DNA of 64,000 bases, taken from assembly GCA_964016885.1 (NCBI GenBank), contig OZ024742.1, forward strand, positions 74,028,001-74,092,000, written 5' to 3'. The notes under the pieces were generated by a model, which did not search any database, was not told the DNA's origin, and saw only the letters and a list, made by a program, of their open reading frames with translations. Of the stretch, positions 15,601-34,000 are shown one piece after another (positions within the stretch are counted from its first letter, which is position 1; every line of letters starts with the position of its first letter). This DNA comes from Eledone cirrhosa (lineage: Eukaryota). The translations under genes were made by a program, and so were the position numbers.

Positions 15601-15750
15601 TAACACACAGCATACCACTACTGTCACCTTAACATACAGCATACCACCACTGTCACCTTAACACACAGCATACCACAACTGTCACCTTAACACACAGCAT
15701 ACCACTACTGTCACCTTAACACACAGCATACCACTACTGTCACCTTAACA
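3640..15750 (+). repeat. Copy 1 of a large internal segmental duplication of Sat29
   Basis: Rare variants occur in the same order as in 28020-39840: cataacagca 5166/28231, tatagt 8455/31781, atatcagtac 9291/32646, ccagactac ~12277/~35748, gctggc 14780/38886, tacgactac ~15384/~39490. Confidence 0.9.
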
Positions 15751-18700
15751 CACAGCATACCACTACTGTCACATTAACACACACCATACCACTACTGTCA
15801 CCTTAACACACAGCATACCACTACTGTCACCTTAACACACTCCATACCCCCACTGTCACCTTAACACACACCATACCACCACTGTCACCTTAACACACAC
15901 CATACCACCACTGTCACCTTAACACACAGCATACCACTACTGTCACCTTAACACACACCATACCACCACTGTCACCTTAACACACACCATACCACCACTG
16001 TCACCTTAACACACACCATACCACTAATGTCACCTTAACACACACCATACCACCACTGTCACCTTAACACGCACCATACCACCACTGTCACCATAACACA
16101 CACCATACCACTAATGTCACCTTAACACACACCATACCACCACTGTCACCTTAACAGACACCATACTACTACTGTCACCTTAACACACACCATACCACTA
16201 CTGTCACCTTAACACACACAATACTACAACTGTCACCTTAACACACACCATACCACTACTGTCACCTTAACACACACCATACTACTACTGTCACCTTATC
16301 ATACACCATACTACTACTGTCACCTTAACACACACCATAATACTACTGTCACCTTAACACACACAATACTACAACTGTCACCTTAACACACACCATACCA
16401 CTACTTTCACCTTAACACACACACCATACTACAACTGTCACCTTAACACACACCATACTACTACTGTCACCTTAACACACACCATACCACCACTGTCACC
16501 TTAACACACACCATACTACAACTGTCACCTTAACACACACCATACTACTACTGTCTCCTTAACACACACCATGCCACCACTGTCACCTTAACACACACCA
16601 TATTACAACTGTCACCTTAACACACACCATACCACTACTGCCACATTAACACAAACCATATCACTACTGTCACCTTAACACAAACCATACCACTACTGTC
16701 ACGTTAACACAAACCATACCACTACTGTCACCTTAACACACACCATACCACCACTGTCGCCTTAACACACACCATACTACTACTGTCACATTAACACAAA
16801 CCATACCACTACTGTCACCTTAACACAAACCATACTACAACTGTCACCTTAACACACACCATACCACCACTGTCGCCTTAACACACACCATACCACCACT
16901 GTCGCCTTAACACACACCATACCACCGCTGGCACCTTAATACACATCATAGCACTACTGACAGTCTAACATACATTATACTACAATTGTCACCTTAACAC
17001 ACACCATACCACTACTGTCACCTTAACACACAACATACCAGCACTGTCATCTTAACACACACCAACAATCACTGTCACCTTAACACACAGCATACCACCA
17101 CTGTCAGCTTAACACACACCATACCACTACTGTCACATTAACACACACCATACCACTACTGTCACCTTAACACACAGCATACCACTACTGTCACCTTAAC
17201 ACACACCATACCACTAATGTCACCTTAACACACAACATACCACTAATGTCACCTTAACACACACCATACCACTACTGACACCTTAACACACACCATACCA
17301 GTACTATCACCTTAACACACACCATACAACTACTGTCACCTTAACACACACCATACCACTACTGTCACCATAACACACTCCATAACACCACTGTCACCTT
17401 TACTCACACCATACCACTAATGTCACCTTAACACACACCATACCACTACTGTCACCTTAACACACAACATACCACCACTGTCACTTTAACACACACCATA
17501 CCACTACTGTCACCTTAACACACAGCATACGACTACTGTCACCTTAACACACAGCATACCACTACTGTCACATTAACTCACACCATACAACTACTGTCAC
17601 CTTAACACACAGCATACCACTACTGTCACCTTAACACACTCCATACCACCACTGTCACCTTAACACACACCATACCACCACTGTCACCTTAACACACACC
17701 ATACCACCACTGTCACCTTAACACACACCATACCACCACTGTCACCTTAACACACAGCATACCACTACTGTCACCATAACACACAGCATACCACTACTGT
17801 CACCTTAACACACACCATACCACTACTGTCACCTTAACACACACCAACCACCACTGTCACCTTAACACACACCATACCACCACTGTCACCTTAACACACA
17901 CCATACCACTACTGTCACCTTAACACACTCCATACCACCACTGTCACCTTAACACACACCATACCACTACTATCACCTTAACACACAGCATACCACTACT
18001 GTCACCTTAACACACACCATACCACCACTGTCACCTTAACACACAGCATACCACTACTGTCACATTAACACACACCATACCACTACTGTCACCATAACAC
18101 ACAGCATACCACTACTGTCACATTAACACACACCATACCACCACTGTCACCTTAACACACAGCATACCACAACTGTCACCTTAACACATAGCATACCACA
18201 ACTGTCACCTTAACACACACCATACCACCACTGTCACCTTAACACACACCATACCACCACTGTCACCTTAACACACAGCATACTACTACTGTCACATTAA
18301 CACACACCATACCACTACTGTCACCTTAACACACACCATACCACTACTGTCACCTTAACACACACCATACCACCACTGTCACCTTAACACACACCATACC
18401 ACTGATGTCACCTTAACACATTCCATACCACCACTGTCACCTTAACACACACCATACCACCACTGTCACCTTAACACACACCATACCACTAATGTCACCT
18501 TAACACACACCATACCACTACTGTCACCTTAACACACACCATACCACCACTGTCACCTTAACACACAGCATACCACAACTGTCACCTTAACACACAGCAT
18601 ACCACAACTGTCACCTTAACACACACCATACCACAACTGTCACCTTAACACACACCATACCACCACTGTCACCTTAACAGACACCATACCACCACTGTCA

Positions 18701-21700
18701 CCTTAACACACAGCATACCACAACTGTCACCTTAACATACACCATACCTCTACTGTCACCTTAACACACAGCATACCACTACTGTCACCTTAACATACAG
18801 CATGCCACCACTGTCACCTTAACACACAGCATACCACAACTGTCACCTTAACACACAGCATACCACTACTGTCACCTTAACACACAGCATACCACTACTG
18901 TCACCTTAACACACTCCATACACCCACTGTCACCTTAACACACACCATACCACCACTGTCACCTTAACACACACCATACCACCACTGTCACCTTAACACA
19001 CAGCATACCACTACTGTCACCTTAACACACACCATACCACCACTGTCACCTTAACACACACCATACCACCACTGTCACCTTAACACACACCATACCACTA
19101 ATGTCACCTTAACACACACCATACCACCACTGTCACCTTAACACACACCATACCACCACTGTCACCTTAACACACACCATACCACTAATGTCACCTTAAC
19201 ACACACCATACCACCACTGTCACATTAACACGTACCATACCACCACTCTCACCTTCAAACACACCATACCACCACTGTCACCTTAACACACACCATACCA
19301 CCAGTGTCACCTTAACACACACCATACTACAACTGTCACCTTAACACACAACATACCACTACTGTCACCTTAACACACACAATACTACAACTGTCACCTT
19401 AACACACAGCATACCACTACTGTCATATTAACACACACACCATACCACTACTGTCACATTAACACACACCATACCACTAATGTCACTTTAACACACACCA
19501 TACCACCACTGTCACCTTAACACACACCATACCATTACTGTCACCTTAACACACACCATACCACTACTGTCACCTTAACACACACCATACCACAACTGTC
19601 ACATTAACACACTCCATACCACCACTGTCACCTTAACACACACCATACTACTACTGTCACCTTAACACACAACATACTACAACTGTCACCTTAACACACA
19701 CCATACCACTACTGTCACCTTACACACACCATACCACCACTGTCACCTTAACACACACCATACCACTACTGTCACATTAACACACTCCATACCACCACTG
19801 TCACCTTAACACACACCATACTACAACTGTCACCTTAACACACACCATACCACTACTGTCATCTTAACACACTCCATACCACAACTGTCACCTTAACACA
19901 CACCATACTACTACTGTCACCTTAACACACAACATACTACAACTGTCACCTTAACACACTCCATACCACAACTGTCACCTTAACACACACCATACCACTA
20001 CTGTCACCTTAACACACACCAAACCACCACTGTCACCTTAACACACACCATACTACTACTCTCACCTTAACACACACCATACTACTACTGTCACCTTAAC
20101 ATACACCATACTACTACTGTCACCTTAACACACACCATACTACTACTGTCACCTTAACACACACAATACTACAACTGTCACCTTAACACACACCATACCA
20201 CTACTGTCACCTTAACACACACACCATACTACAACTGTCACCTTAACACACACCATACTACTACTGTCACCTTAACACACACCATACCACCACTGTCACC
20301 TTAACACACACCATACTACAACTGTCACCTTAACACACACCATACTACTACTGTCACCTTAACACACACCATGCCACCACTGTCACCTTAACACACACCA
20401 TACTACAACTCTCACCTTAACACACACCATACCACTACTGCCACATTAACACAAACCATACCACTACTGTCACCTTAACACAAACCATACCACTACTGTC
20501 ATGTTAACACAAACCATACCACTACTGTCACCTTAACACAAACCATACCACTACTGTCACCTTAACACACACCATACCACCACTGTCGCCTTAACACACA
20601 CCATACTGCTACTGTCACATTAACACAAACCATACCACTACTGTCACCTTAAGACAAACCATACTACAACTGTCACCTTAACACACACCATACCACCACT
20701 GTCGCCTTAACACACACCATACCACCACTGTCGCCTTAACACACACCATACCACCGCTGGCACCTTAATACACATCATAGCACTACTGACAGTCTAACAT
20801 ACATCATACTACAATTGTCACCTTAACACACACCATACCACTACTGTCACCTTAACACACAACATACCAGCACTGTCACCTTAACACACACCAACAATCA
20901 CTGTCACCTTAACACACAGCATACCACCACTGTCACCTTAACACACACCATACCACTACTGTCACATTAACACACACCATACCACTACTGTCACCTTAAC
21001 ACACAGCATACCACTACTGTCACCTTAACTCACACCATACCACTAATATCACCTTAACACACACCATACCACTACTGTCACCTTAACACACACCATACCA
21101 CTAATATCACCTTAACACACACCATACCACTACTGTCACCTTAACACACTCCATACCACCACTGTCACCTTAACACACACCATACCACTACTGTCACCTT
21201 AACACACTCCATACACCCACTGTCACCTTAACACACACCATACCACCACTGTCACCTTAACACACACCATACCACCACTGTCACCTTAACACACAGCATA
21301 CCACTACTGTCACCTTAACACACACCATACCACCACTGTCACCTTAACACACACCATACCACCACTGTCACCTTAACACACACCATACCACTAATGTCAC
21401 CTTAACACACACCATACCACCACTGTCACCTTAACACACACCATACCACCACTGTCACCTTAACACACACCATACCACTAATGTCACCTTAACACACACC
21501 ATACCACCACTGTCACATTAACACGTACCATACCACCACTCTCACCTTCAAACACACCATACCACCACTGTCACCTTAACACACACCATACCACCAGTGT
21601 CACCTTAACACACACCATACCACTACTGTCACCTTAACACACAGCATACCACTACTGTCATATTAACACACACACCATACCACTACTGTCACATTAACAC

Positions 21701-24700
21701 ACACCATACCACTAATGTCACTTTAACACACACCATACCACCACTGTCACCTTAACACACACCATACCATTACTGTCACCTTAACACACACCATACCACT
21801 ACTGTCACCTTAACACACACCATACCACAACTGTCACATTAACACACTCCATACCACCACTGTCACCTTAACACACACCATACTACTACTGTCACCTTAA
21901 CACACAACATACTACAACTGTCACCTTAACACACACCATACCACTACTGTCACCTTACACACACCATACCACCACTGTCACCTTAACACACACCATACCA
22001 CTACTGTCACATTAACACACTCCATACCACCACTGTCACCTTAACACACACCATACTACAACTGTCACCTTAACACACACCATACTACTACTGTCACATT
22101 AACACACACCATCCCACTACTGTCATCTTAACACACTCCATACCACAACTGTCACCTTAACACACACCATACCACTACTGTCACCTTAACACACACCAAA
22201 CCACCACTGTCACCTTAACACACACCATACTACTACTCTCACCTTAACACACACCATACTACTACTGTCACCTTAACATACACCATACTACTACTGTCAC
22301 CTTAACACACACCATACTACTACTGTCACCTTAACACACACAATACTACAACTGTCACCTTAACACACACCATACCACTACTGTCACCTTAACACACACA
22401 CCATACTACAACTGTCACCTTAACACACACCATACTACTACTGTCACCTTAACACACACCATACCACCACTGTCACCTTAACACACACCATACTACAACT
22501 GTCACCTTAACACACACCATACTACTACTGTCACCTTAACACACACCATGCCACCACTGTCACCTTAACACACACCATACTACAACTCTCACCTTAACAC
22601 ACACCATACCACTACTGCCACATTAACACAAACCATACCACTACTGTCACCTTAACACAAACCATACCACTACTGTCATGTTAACACAAACCATACCACT
22701 ACTGTCACCTTAACACAAACCATACCACTACTGTCACCTTAACACACACCATACCACCACTGTCGCCTTAACACACACCATACTGCTACTGTCACATTAA
22801 CACAAACCATACCACTACTGTCACCTTAAGACAAACCATACTACAACTGTCACCTTAACACACACCATACCACCACTGTCGCCTTAACACACACCATACC
22901 ACCACTGTCGCCTTAACACACACCATACCACCGCTGGCACCTTAATACACATCATAGCACTACTAACAGTCTAACATACATCATACTACAATTGTCACCT
23001 TAACACACACCATACCACTACTGTCACCTTAACACACAACATACCAGCACTGTCACCTTAACACACACCAACAATCACTGTCACCTTAACACACAGCATA
23101 CCACCACTGTCACCTTAACACACACCATACCACTACTGTCACATTAACACACACCATACCACTACTGTCACCTTAACACACAGCATACCACTACTGTCAC
23201 CTTAACACACACCATACCACTAATATCACCTTAACACACACCATACCACTACTGTCACCTTAACACACACCATACCACTAATATCACCTTAACACACACC
23301 ATACCACTACTGTCACCTTAACACACTCCATACCACCACTGTCACCTTAACACACACCATACCACTACTGTCACCTTAACACACAGCATACCACTACTGT
23401 CACCTTAACACACACCATACCACCACTGTCACCTTAACACACAGCATACCACTACTGTCACATTAACACACACCATACCACTACTGTCACCATAACACAC
23501 AGCATACCACTACTGTCACATTAACACACACCATACCACCACTGTCACCTTAACACACAGCATACCACAACTGTCAACTTAACACATAGCATACCACAAC
23601 TGTCACCTTAACACACACCATACCACCACTGTCACCTTAACACACACCATACCACCACTGTCACCTTAACACACAGCATACTACTACTGTCACATTAACA
23701 CACACCATACCACTACTGTCACCTTAACACACACCATACCACTACTGTCACCTTAACACACACCATACCACCACTGTCACCTTAACACACACCATGCCAC
23801 TGATGTCACCTTAACACATTCCATACCACCACTGTCACCTTAACACACACCATACCACCACTGTCACCTTAACACACACCATACCACTAATGTCACCTTA
23901 ACACACACCATACCACTACTGTCACCTTAACACACACCATACCAGCACTGTCATCTAACAGACCCCATACCACCACTGTCACCTTAACACACACCATACC
24001 ACTACTGTCACCTTAACACACTCCATACACCCACTGTCACCTTAACACACACCATACCACCACTGTCACCTTAACACACACCATACCACCACTGTCACCT
24101 TAACACACAGCATACCACTACTGTCACCTTAACACACACCATACCACCACTGTCACCTTAACACACACCATACCACCACTGTCACCTTAACACACACCAT
24201 ACCACTAATGTCACCTTAACACACACCATACCACCACTGTCACCTTAACACACACCATACCACCACTGTCACCTTAACACACACCATACCACTAATGTCA
24301 CCTTAACACACACCATACCACCACTGTCACATTAACACGTACCATACCACCACTCTCACCTTCAAACACACCATACCACCACTGTCACCTTAACACACAC
24401 CATACCACCAGTGTCACCTTAACACACACCATACCACTACTGTCACCTTAACACACAGCATACCACTACTGTCATATTAACACACACACCATACCACTAC
24501 TGTCACATTAACACACACCATACCACTAATGTCACTTTAACACACACCATACCACCACTGTCACCTTAACACACACCATACCATTACTGTCACCTTAACA
24601 CACACCATACCACTACTGTCACCTTAACACACACCATACCACAACTGTCACATTAACACACTCCATACCACCACTGTCACCTTAACACACACCATACTAC

Positions 24701-27700
24701 TACTGTCACCTTAACACACAACATACTACAACTGTCACCTTAACACACACCATACCACTACTGTCACCTTACACACACCATACCACCACTGTCACCTTAA
24801 CACACACCATACCACTACTGTCACATTAACACACTCCATACCACCACTGTCACCTTAACACACACCATACTACAACTGTCACCTTAACACACACCATACT
24901 ACTACTGTCACATTAACACACACCATCCCACTACTGTCATCTTAACACACTCCATACCACAACTGTCACCTTAACACACACCATACCACTACTGTCACCT
25001 TAACACACACCAAACCACCACTGTCACCTTAACACACACCATACTACTACTCTCACCTTAACACACACCATACTACTACTGTCACCTTAACATACACCAT
25101 ACTACTACTGTCACCTTAACACACACCATACTACTACTGTCACCTTAACACACACAATACTACAACTGTCACCTTAACACACACCATACCACTACTGTCA
25201 CCTTAACACACACACCATACTACAACTGTCACCTTAACACACACCATACTACTACTGTCACCTTAACACACACCATACCACCACTGTCACCTTAACACAC
25301 ACCATACTACAACTGTCACCTTAACACACACCATACTACTACTGTCACCTTAACACACACCATGCCACCACTGTCACCTTAACACACACCATACTACAAC
25401 TCTCACCTTAACACACACCATACCACTACTGCCACATTAACACAAACCATACCACTACTGTCACCTTAACACAAACCATACCACTACTGTCATGTTAACA
25501 CAAACCATACCACTACTGTCACCTTAACACAAACCATACCACTACTGTCACCTTAACACACACCATACCACCACTGTCGCCTTAACACACACCATACTGC
25601 TACTGTCACATTAACACAAACCATACCACTACTGTCACCTTAAGACAAACCATACTACAACTGTCACCTTAACACACACCATACCACCACTGTCGCCTTA
25701 ACACACACCATACCACCACTGTCGCCTTAACACACACCATACCACCGCTGGCACCTTAATACACATCATAGCACTACTAACAGTCTAACATACATCATAC
25801 TACAATTGTCACCTTAACACACACCATACCACTACTGTCACCTTAACACACAACATACCAGCACTGTCACCTTAACACACACCAACAATCACTGTCACCT
25901 TAACACACAGCATACCACCACTGTCACCTTAACACACACCATACCACTACTGTCACATTAACACACACCATACCACTACTGTCACCTTAACACACAGCAT
26001 ACCACTACTGTCACCTTAACACACACCATACCACTAATATCACCTTAACACACACCATACCACTACTGTCACCTTAACACACACCATACCACTAATATCA
26101 CCTTAACACACACCATACCACTACTGTCACCTTAACACACTCCATACCACCACTGTCACCTTAACACACACCATACCACTACTGTCACCTTAACACACAG
26201 CATACCACTACTGTCACCTTAACACACACCATACCACCACTGTCACCTTAACACACAGCATACCACTACTGTCACATTAACACACACCATACCACTACTG
26301 TCACCATAACACACAGCATACCACTACTGTCACATTAACACACACCATACCACCACTGTCACCTTAACACACAGCATACCACAACTGTCAACTTAACACA
26401 TAGCATACCACAACTGTCACCTTAACACACACCATACCACCACTGTCACCTTAACACACACCATACCACCACTGTCACCTTAACACACAGCATACTACTA
26501 CTGTCACATTAACACACACCATACCACTACTGTCACCTTAACACACACCATACCACTACTGTCACCTTAACACACACCATACCACCACTGTCACCTTAAC
26601 ACACACCATACCACTGATGTCACCTTAACACATTCCATACCACCACTGTCACCTTAACACACACCATACCACCACTGTCACCTTAACACACACCATACCA
26701 CTAATGTCACCTTAACACACACCATACCACTACTGTCACCTTAACACACACCATACCAGCACTGTCATCTAACAGACTCCATACCACCACTGTCACCTTA
26801 ACACACAGCATACCACAACTGTCACCTTAACACACAGCATACCACAACTGTCACCTTAACACACACCATACCACAACTGTCACCTTAACACACACCATAC
26901 CACCACTGTCACCTTAACAGACACCATACCACCACTGTCACCTTAACACACAGCATACCACAACTGTCACCTTAACATACACCATACCACTACTGTCACC
27001 TTAACACACAGCATACCACTACTGTCACCTTAACATACAGCATGCCACCACTGTCACCTTAACACACAGCATACCACAACTGTCACCTTAACACACAGCA
27101 TACCACTACTGTCACCTTAACACACAGCATACCACTACTGTCACCTTAACACACTCCATACACCCACTGTCACCTTAACACACACCATACCACCACTGTC
27201 ACCTTAACACACACCATACCACCACTGTCACCTTAACACACAGCATACCACTACTGTCACCTTAACACACACCATACCACCACTGTCACCTTAACACACA
27301 CCATACCACCACTGTCACCTTAACACACACCATACCACTAATGTCACCTTAACACACACCATACCACCACTGTCACCTTAACACACACCATACCACCACT
27401 GTCACCTTAACACACACCATACCACTAATGTCACCTTAACACACACCATACCACCACTGTCACATTTAAACGTACCATACCACCACTCTCACCTTCAAAC
27501 ACACCATACCACCACTGTCACCTTAACACACACCATACCACCAGTGTCACCTTAACACACACCATACCACTACTGTCACCTTAACACACAGCATACCACT
27601 ACTGTCATATTAACACACACACCATACCACTACTGTCACATTAACACACACCATACCACTAATGTCACTTTAACACACACCATACCACCACTGTCACCTT

Positions 27701-28019
27701 AACACACACCATACCATTACTGTCACCTTAACACACACCATACCACTACTGTCTCCTTAACACACACCATACCACAACTGTCACATTAACACACTCCATA
27801 CCACCACTGTCACCTTAACACACACCATACTACTACTGTCACCTTAACACACAACATACTACAACTGTCACCTTAACACACACCATACCACTACTGTCAC
27901 CTTACACACACCATACCACCACTGTCACCTTAACACACACCATACCACCACTGTCACCTTAACACACACCATACCACTAATGTCACCTTAACACACACCA
28001 TACCACTACTGTCACCTTA

Positions 28020-31000
28020 ACACACACCATACCAGCACTGTCATCTTAACAGACACCATACTACAACTGTCACCTTAACACACAGCATACCACCACTGTC
28101 ACCTTAACACACACCATACCACTACTGTCACCTTAACACACTCCATACCACCACTGTCACCTTAACACACACCATACCACTAATGTCACCTTAACACACA
28201 CCATACCACTACTGTCACCTTAACACACACCATAACAGCACTGTCATCTTAGCAGACACCATGCTACAACTGTCACCTTAACACACAGCATACCACAACT
28301 GTCACCTTAACACACACCATACCACCACTGTCACCTTAACACACAGCATACCACAACTGTCACCTTAACACACACCATACCACTACTGTCACCTTAACAC
28401 ACAGCATACCACTACTGTCACCTTAACACACAGCATACCACTACTGTCACCTTAACACACAGCATACCACTACTGTCACATTAACACACACCATACCACT
28501 ACTGTCACCTTAACACACAGCATACCACTACTGTCACCTTAACACACTCCATACCACCACTGTCACCTTAACACACACCATACCACCACTGTCACCTTAA
28601 CACACACCATACCACCACTGTCACCTTAACACACACCATACCACCACTGTCACCTTAACACACACCATACCACCACTGTCACCTTAACACACAGCATACC
28701 ACTACTGTCACCTTAACACACACCATACCACCACTGTCACCTTAACACACACCATACCACCACTGTCACCTTAACACACACCATACCACTAATGACACCT
28801 TAACACACACCATACCACCATTGTCACCTTAACACACACCATACCACCACTGTCACCTTAACACACACCATAACAGCACTGTCATCTTAGCAGACACCAT
28901 GCTACAACTGTCACCTTAACACACAGCATAACACAACTGTCACCTTAACACACACCATACCACCACTGTCACCTTAACACACAGCATACCACAACTGTCA
29001 CCTTAACACACACCATACCACTACTGTCACCTTAACACACAGCATACCACTACTGTCACCTTAACACACAGCATACCACTACTGTCACCTTAACACACAG
29101 CATACCACTACTGTCACATTAACACACACCATACCACTACTGTCACCTTAACACACAGCATACCACTACTGTCACCTTAACACACTCCATACCACCACTG
29201 TCACCTTAACACACACCATACCACCACTGTCACCTTAACACACACCATACCACCACTGTCACCTTAACACACACCATACCACCACTGTCACCTTAACACA
29301 CACCATACCACCACTGTCACCTTAACACACAGCATACCACTACTGTCACCTTAACACACACCATACCACCACTGTCACCTTAACACACACCATACCACCA
29401 CTGTCACCTTAACACACACCATACCACTAATGACACCTTAACACACACCATACCACCATTGTCACCTTAACACACACCATACCACCACTGTCACCTTAAC
29501 ACACACCATACCACTAATGTCACCTTAACACACACCATACCACCACTGTCACCTTAACACACACCATACAACCACTGTCACCTTAACACATACCATACCA
29601 CTACAGTCACCCTTAACACACACCATACCACCACTGTCACCTTAACACACACCATACCACTACTGTCACCTTAACACACACCATACTACAACTGTCACCT
29701 TAACACACAACATACCACTACTGTCACCTTAACACACACAATACTACAACTGTCACCTTAACACACACCATACCACTACTGTCACCTTAACACACACCAT
29801 ACCACCACTGTCACCTTAACACACACCATACCACTACTGTCACCTTAACACACACCATACCACCACTGTCACCTTAACACACACCATACCACTACTGTCA
29901 CCTTAACACACACCATACTACTACTGTCACCTTAACATACACCACACTACTACTGTCACCTTAACACACACAATACTACAACTGTCACCTTAACACACAC
30001 CATACCACTACTGTCACCTTAACACACACACCATACTACAACTGTCACCTTAACACACACCATACTACTACTGTCACCTTAACACACACCATACCACCAC
30101 TGTCACCTTCACACACACCATACTACAACTATCACCTTAACACACACCATACCACCACTGTCACCTTAACACACACCATACCACCACTGTCACCTTAACA
30201 CAGACCATACTACAACTGTCACCTTAACACACACCATACTACAACTGTCACCTTAACACACACCATACTACTACTATCACCTTAACACACACCATACTAC
30301 AACTGTCACCTTAACACACACCATACTACAACTGTCACCTTAACACACACCATACTACTACTGTCACCTTAACACACAGCATACCACTACTGTCACCTTA
30401 ACACACACCATACCACAACTGTCACCTTAACACACACCATACCACTACTGCCACATTAACACAAACCATACCACTACTGTCACCTTAACACAAACCATAC
30501 CACTACTGTCACCTTAACACACAGCATACCACTACTGTCACATCAACACACACCATACTACTACTGTCACCTTAACACACAGCCTACCACAACTGTCACC
30601 TTAACACACACCATACCACTACTGTCACCTTAACACACAGCATACCACTACTGTCACATTAACACATACCATACCACTACTGTCACCTTAACACACAGCA
30701 TACCACTACTGTCACCTTAACACACTCCATACCACCACTGTCACCTTAAAACACACCATACCACTAATGTCACCTTAACACACACCATACCACTACTGTC
30801 ACCTTAACACACACCATACCACTACTGTCACCTTAACACACACCATACCAGCACTGTCATCTTAACAGACACCATACCACCACTGTCACCTTAACACACA
30901 TCATACTACTACTGTCACCTTAACACACAGCATACCACTACTGTCACCTTAAAACACACCATACCACCACTGTCACCTTAACACACACCATACCACCACT

Positions 31001-34000
31001 GTCACCTTAACACACACCATACCACCACTGTCACCTTAACACACACCATACCACCACTGTCACCTTAACACACACCATACCACCACTGTCACCTTAACAC
31101 ACAGCATACCACTACTGTCACCTTAACACACAGCATACCACTACTGTCACCTTAACACACACCATACCACTAATGTCACCTTAACACACACCATACCACT
31201 AATGTCACCTTAACACACACCATACCACCACTGTCACCTTAACACACACCATACCACCACTGTCACCTTAACACATACCATACCACTACTGTCACCCTTA
31301 ACTCACACCATACCACCACTGTCACCTTAACACACACCATACCACTACTGTCACCTTAACACACACCATACCACTAATGTCACCTTAACACACACCATAC
31401 CACTAATGTCACCTTAACACACACCATACCACCACTGTCACCTTAACACACACCATACCACCACTGTCACCTTAACACACACCGTACTACAACTGTCACC
31501 TTAACACACACCATACCACTACTGTCACCTTAACACACACAATACTACAACTGTCACCTTAACACACACCATACCACTACTGTCACCTTAACACACACCA
31601 TACCACCACTGTCACCTTAACACACACCATACCACTACTGTCACCTTAACACACACCATACCACCACTGTCACCTTAACACACACCATACCACTACTGTC
31701 ACCTTAACACACACCATACTACTACTGTCACCTTAACATACACCATACTACTACTGTCACCTTAACACACACCATACTACTATAGTCACCTTAACACACA
31801 CAATACTACAACTGTCACCTTAACACACACCATACCACTACTGTCACCTTAACACACACACCATACTACAACTGTCACCTTAACACACACCATACTACTA
31901 CTGTCACCTTAACACACACCATACCACCACTGTCACCTTCACACACACCATACAACAACTGTCACCTTAACACACACCATACCACCACTGTCACCTTAAC
32001 ACACACCATACCACCACTGTCACCTTAACACACACCATACTACAACTGTCACCTTAACACACACCATACTACAACTGTCACCTTAACACACACCATACTA
32101 CTACTATCACCTTAACACACACCATACTACAACTGTCACCTTAACACACACCATACTACAACTGTCACCTTAACACACACCATACTACAACTGTCACCTT
32201 AACACACACCATACTACTACTGTCACCTTAACACACAGCATACCACTACTGTCACCTTAACACACACCATACCACCACTGTCACCTTAACACATACCTTA
32301 CTACTACTGTCACCTTAACACACACCATACTACTACTGTCACCTTAACACACAGCATACCACCACTGTCACCTTAACACACACCATACCACTACTGCCAC
32401 ATTAACACAAACCATACCACTACTGTCACCTTAACACAAACCATACCACTACTGTCACCTTAACACACAGCATAACACTACTGTCACATTAACACACACC
32501 ATACTACTACTGTCACCTTAACACACAGCATACCACAACTGTCACATTAACACAAACCATACCACTACTGTCACATTAACACAAACCATACCACTACTGT
32601 CACCTTAACACATACCATACCACTACTGTCACTTTAACACAAACCATATCAGTACTGTCACCTTAACACACACTATACCACCACTGTCACATTCACACAC
32701 ACCATACCATTACTGTCACCTTAACACACAACATACCAGCAGTCACCTTAACACACACCATACCACTACTGTCACCTTAACACACAACATACCACCACTG
32801 TCACCTTAACACACACCAACAATCACTGTCACCTTAACACACAGCATACCACCACTGTCACCTTAACACACAGCATACCACCACTGTCACATTAACACAC
32901 ACCATACCACTACTGTCACCTTAACACACAGCATACCACTACTGTCACCTTAACACACTCCATACCACCACTGTCACCTTAACACACACCATTCTACTAT
33001 TGTCACCTTAACACACACCATACCACTACTGTCACCTTAACACACTCCATACCACCACTGTCACCTTAACACACACCATACCACTATTGTCACCTTAACA
33101 CACACCATACCACTACTGTCATCTTAACACACACCATACCACCACTGTCACCTTAACACACACCATACCACAACTGTCACCTTAGCACACACCATACCAC
33201 CACTGTCACCTTAACACACAGCATACTACTACTGTCACATTAACACACACCATACCACTACTGTCACCTTAACACACACCATACCACCACTGTCACCTTA
33301 ACACACACCATACCACTGATGTCACCTTAACACACACCATACCACTACTGTCACCTTAACACACACCATACCAGCACTGTCATCTAACAGACACCATACC
33401 ACCACTGTCACCTTAACACACAGCATACCACAACTGTCACCTTAACACACAGCATACCACAACTGTCACCTTAACACACACCATACCACCACTGTCACCC
33501 TAACAGACACCATACCACCACTGTCATCTTAACACACACCATACCACCACTGTCACCTTAACACACAGCATACCACAACTGTCACCTTAACATACACCAT
33601 ACCACTACTGTCACCTTAACACACAGCATACCACTACTGTCACCTTAACACACAGCATACCACTACTGTCACCTTAACACACAGCATACCACTACTGTCA
33701 CCTTAACACACAGCATACCACTACTGTCACCTTAACACACACCATACCACCACTGTCACATTAACACACACCATACCACCACTGTCACCTTAACACACAG
33801 CATACCACTACTGTCACCTTAACACACTCCATACCACCACTGTCACCTTAACACACACCATACCACTAATGTCACCTTAACACACACCATACCGCTACTG
33901 TCACCTTAACACACTCCATACCACCACTGTCACCTTAACACACACCATACCACTAATGTCACCTTAACACACACCATACCACTACTGTCACCTTAACACA

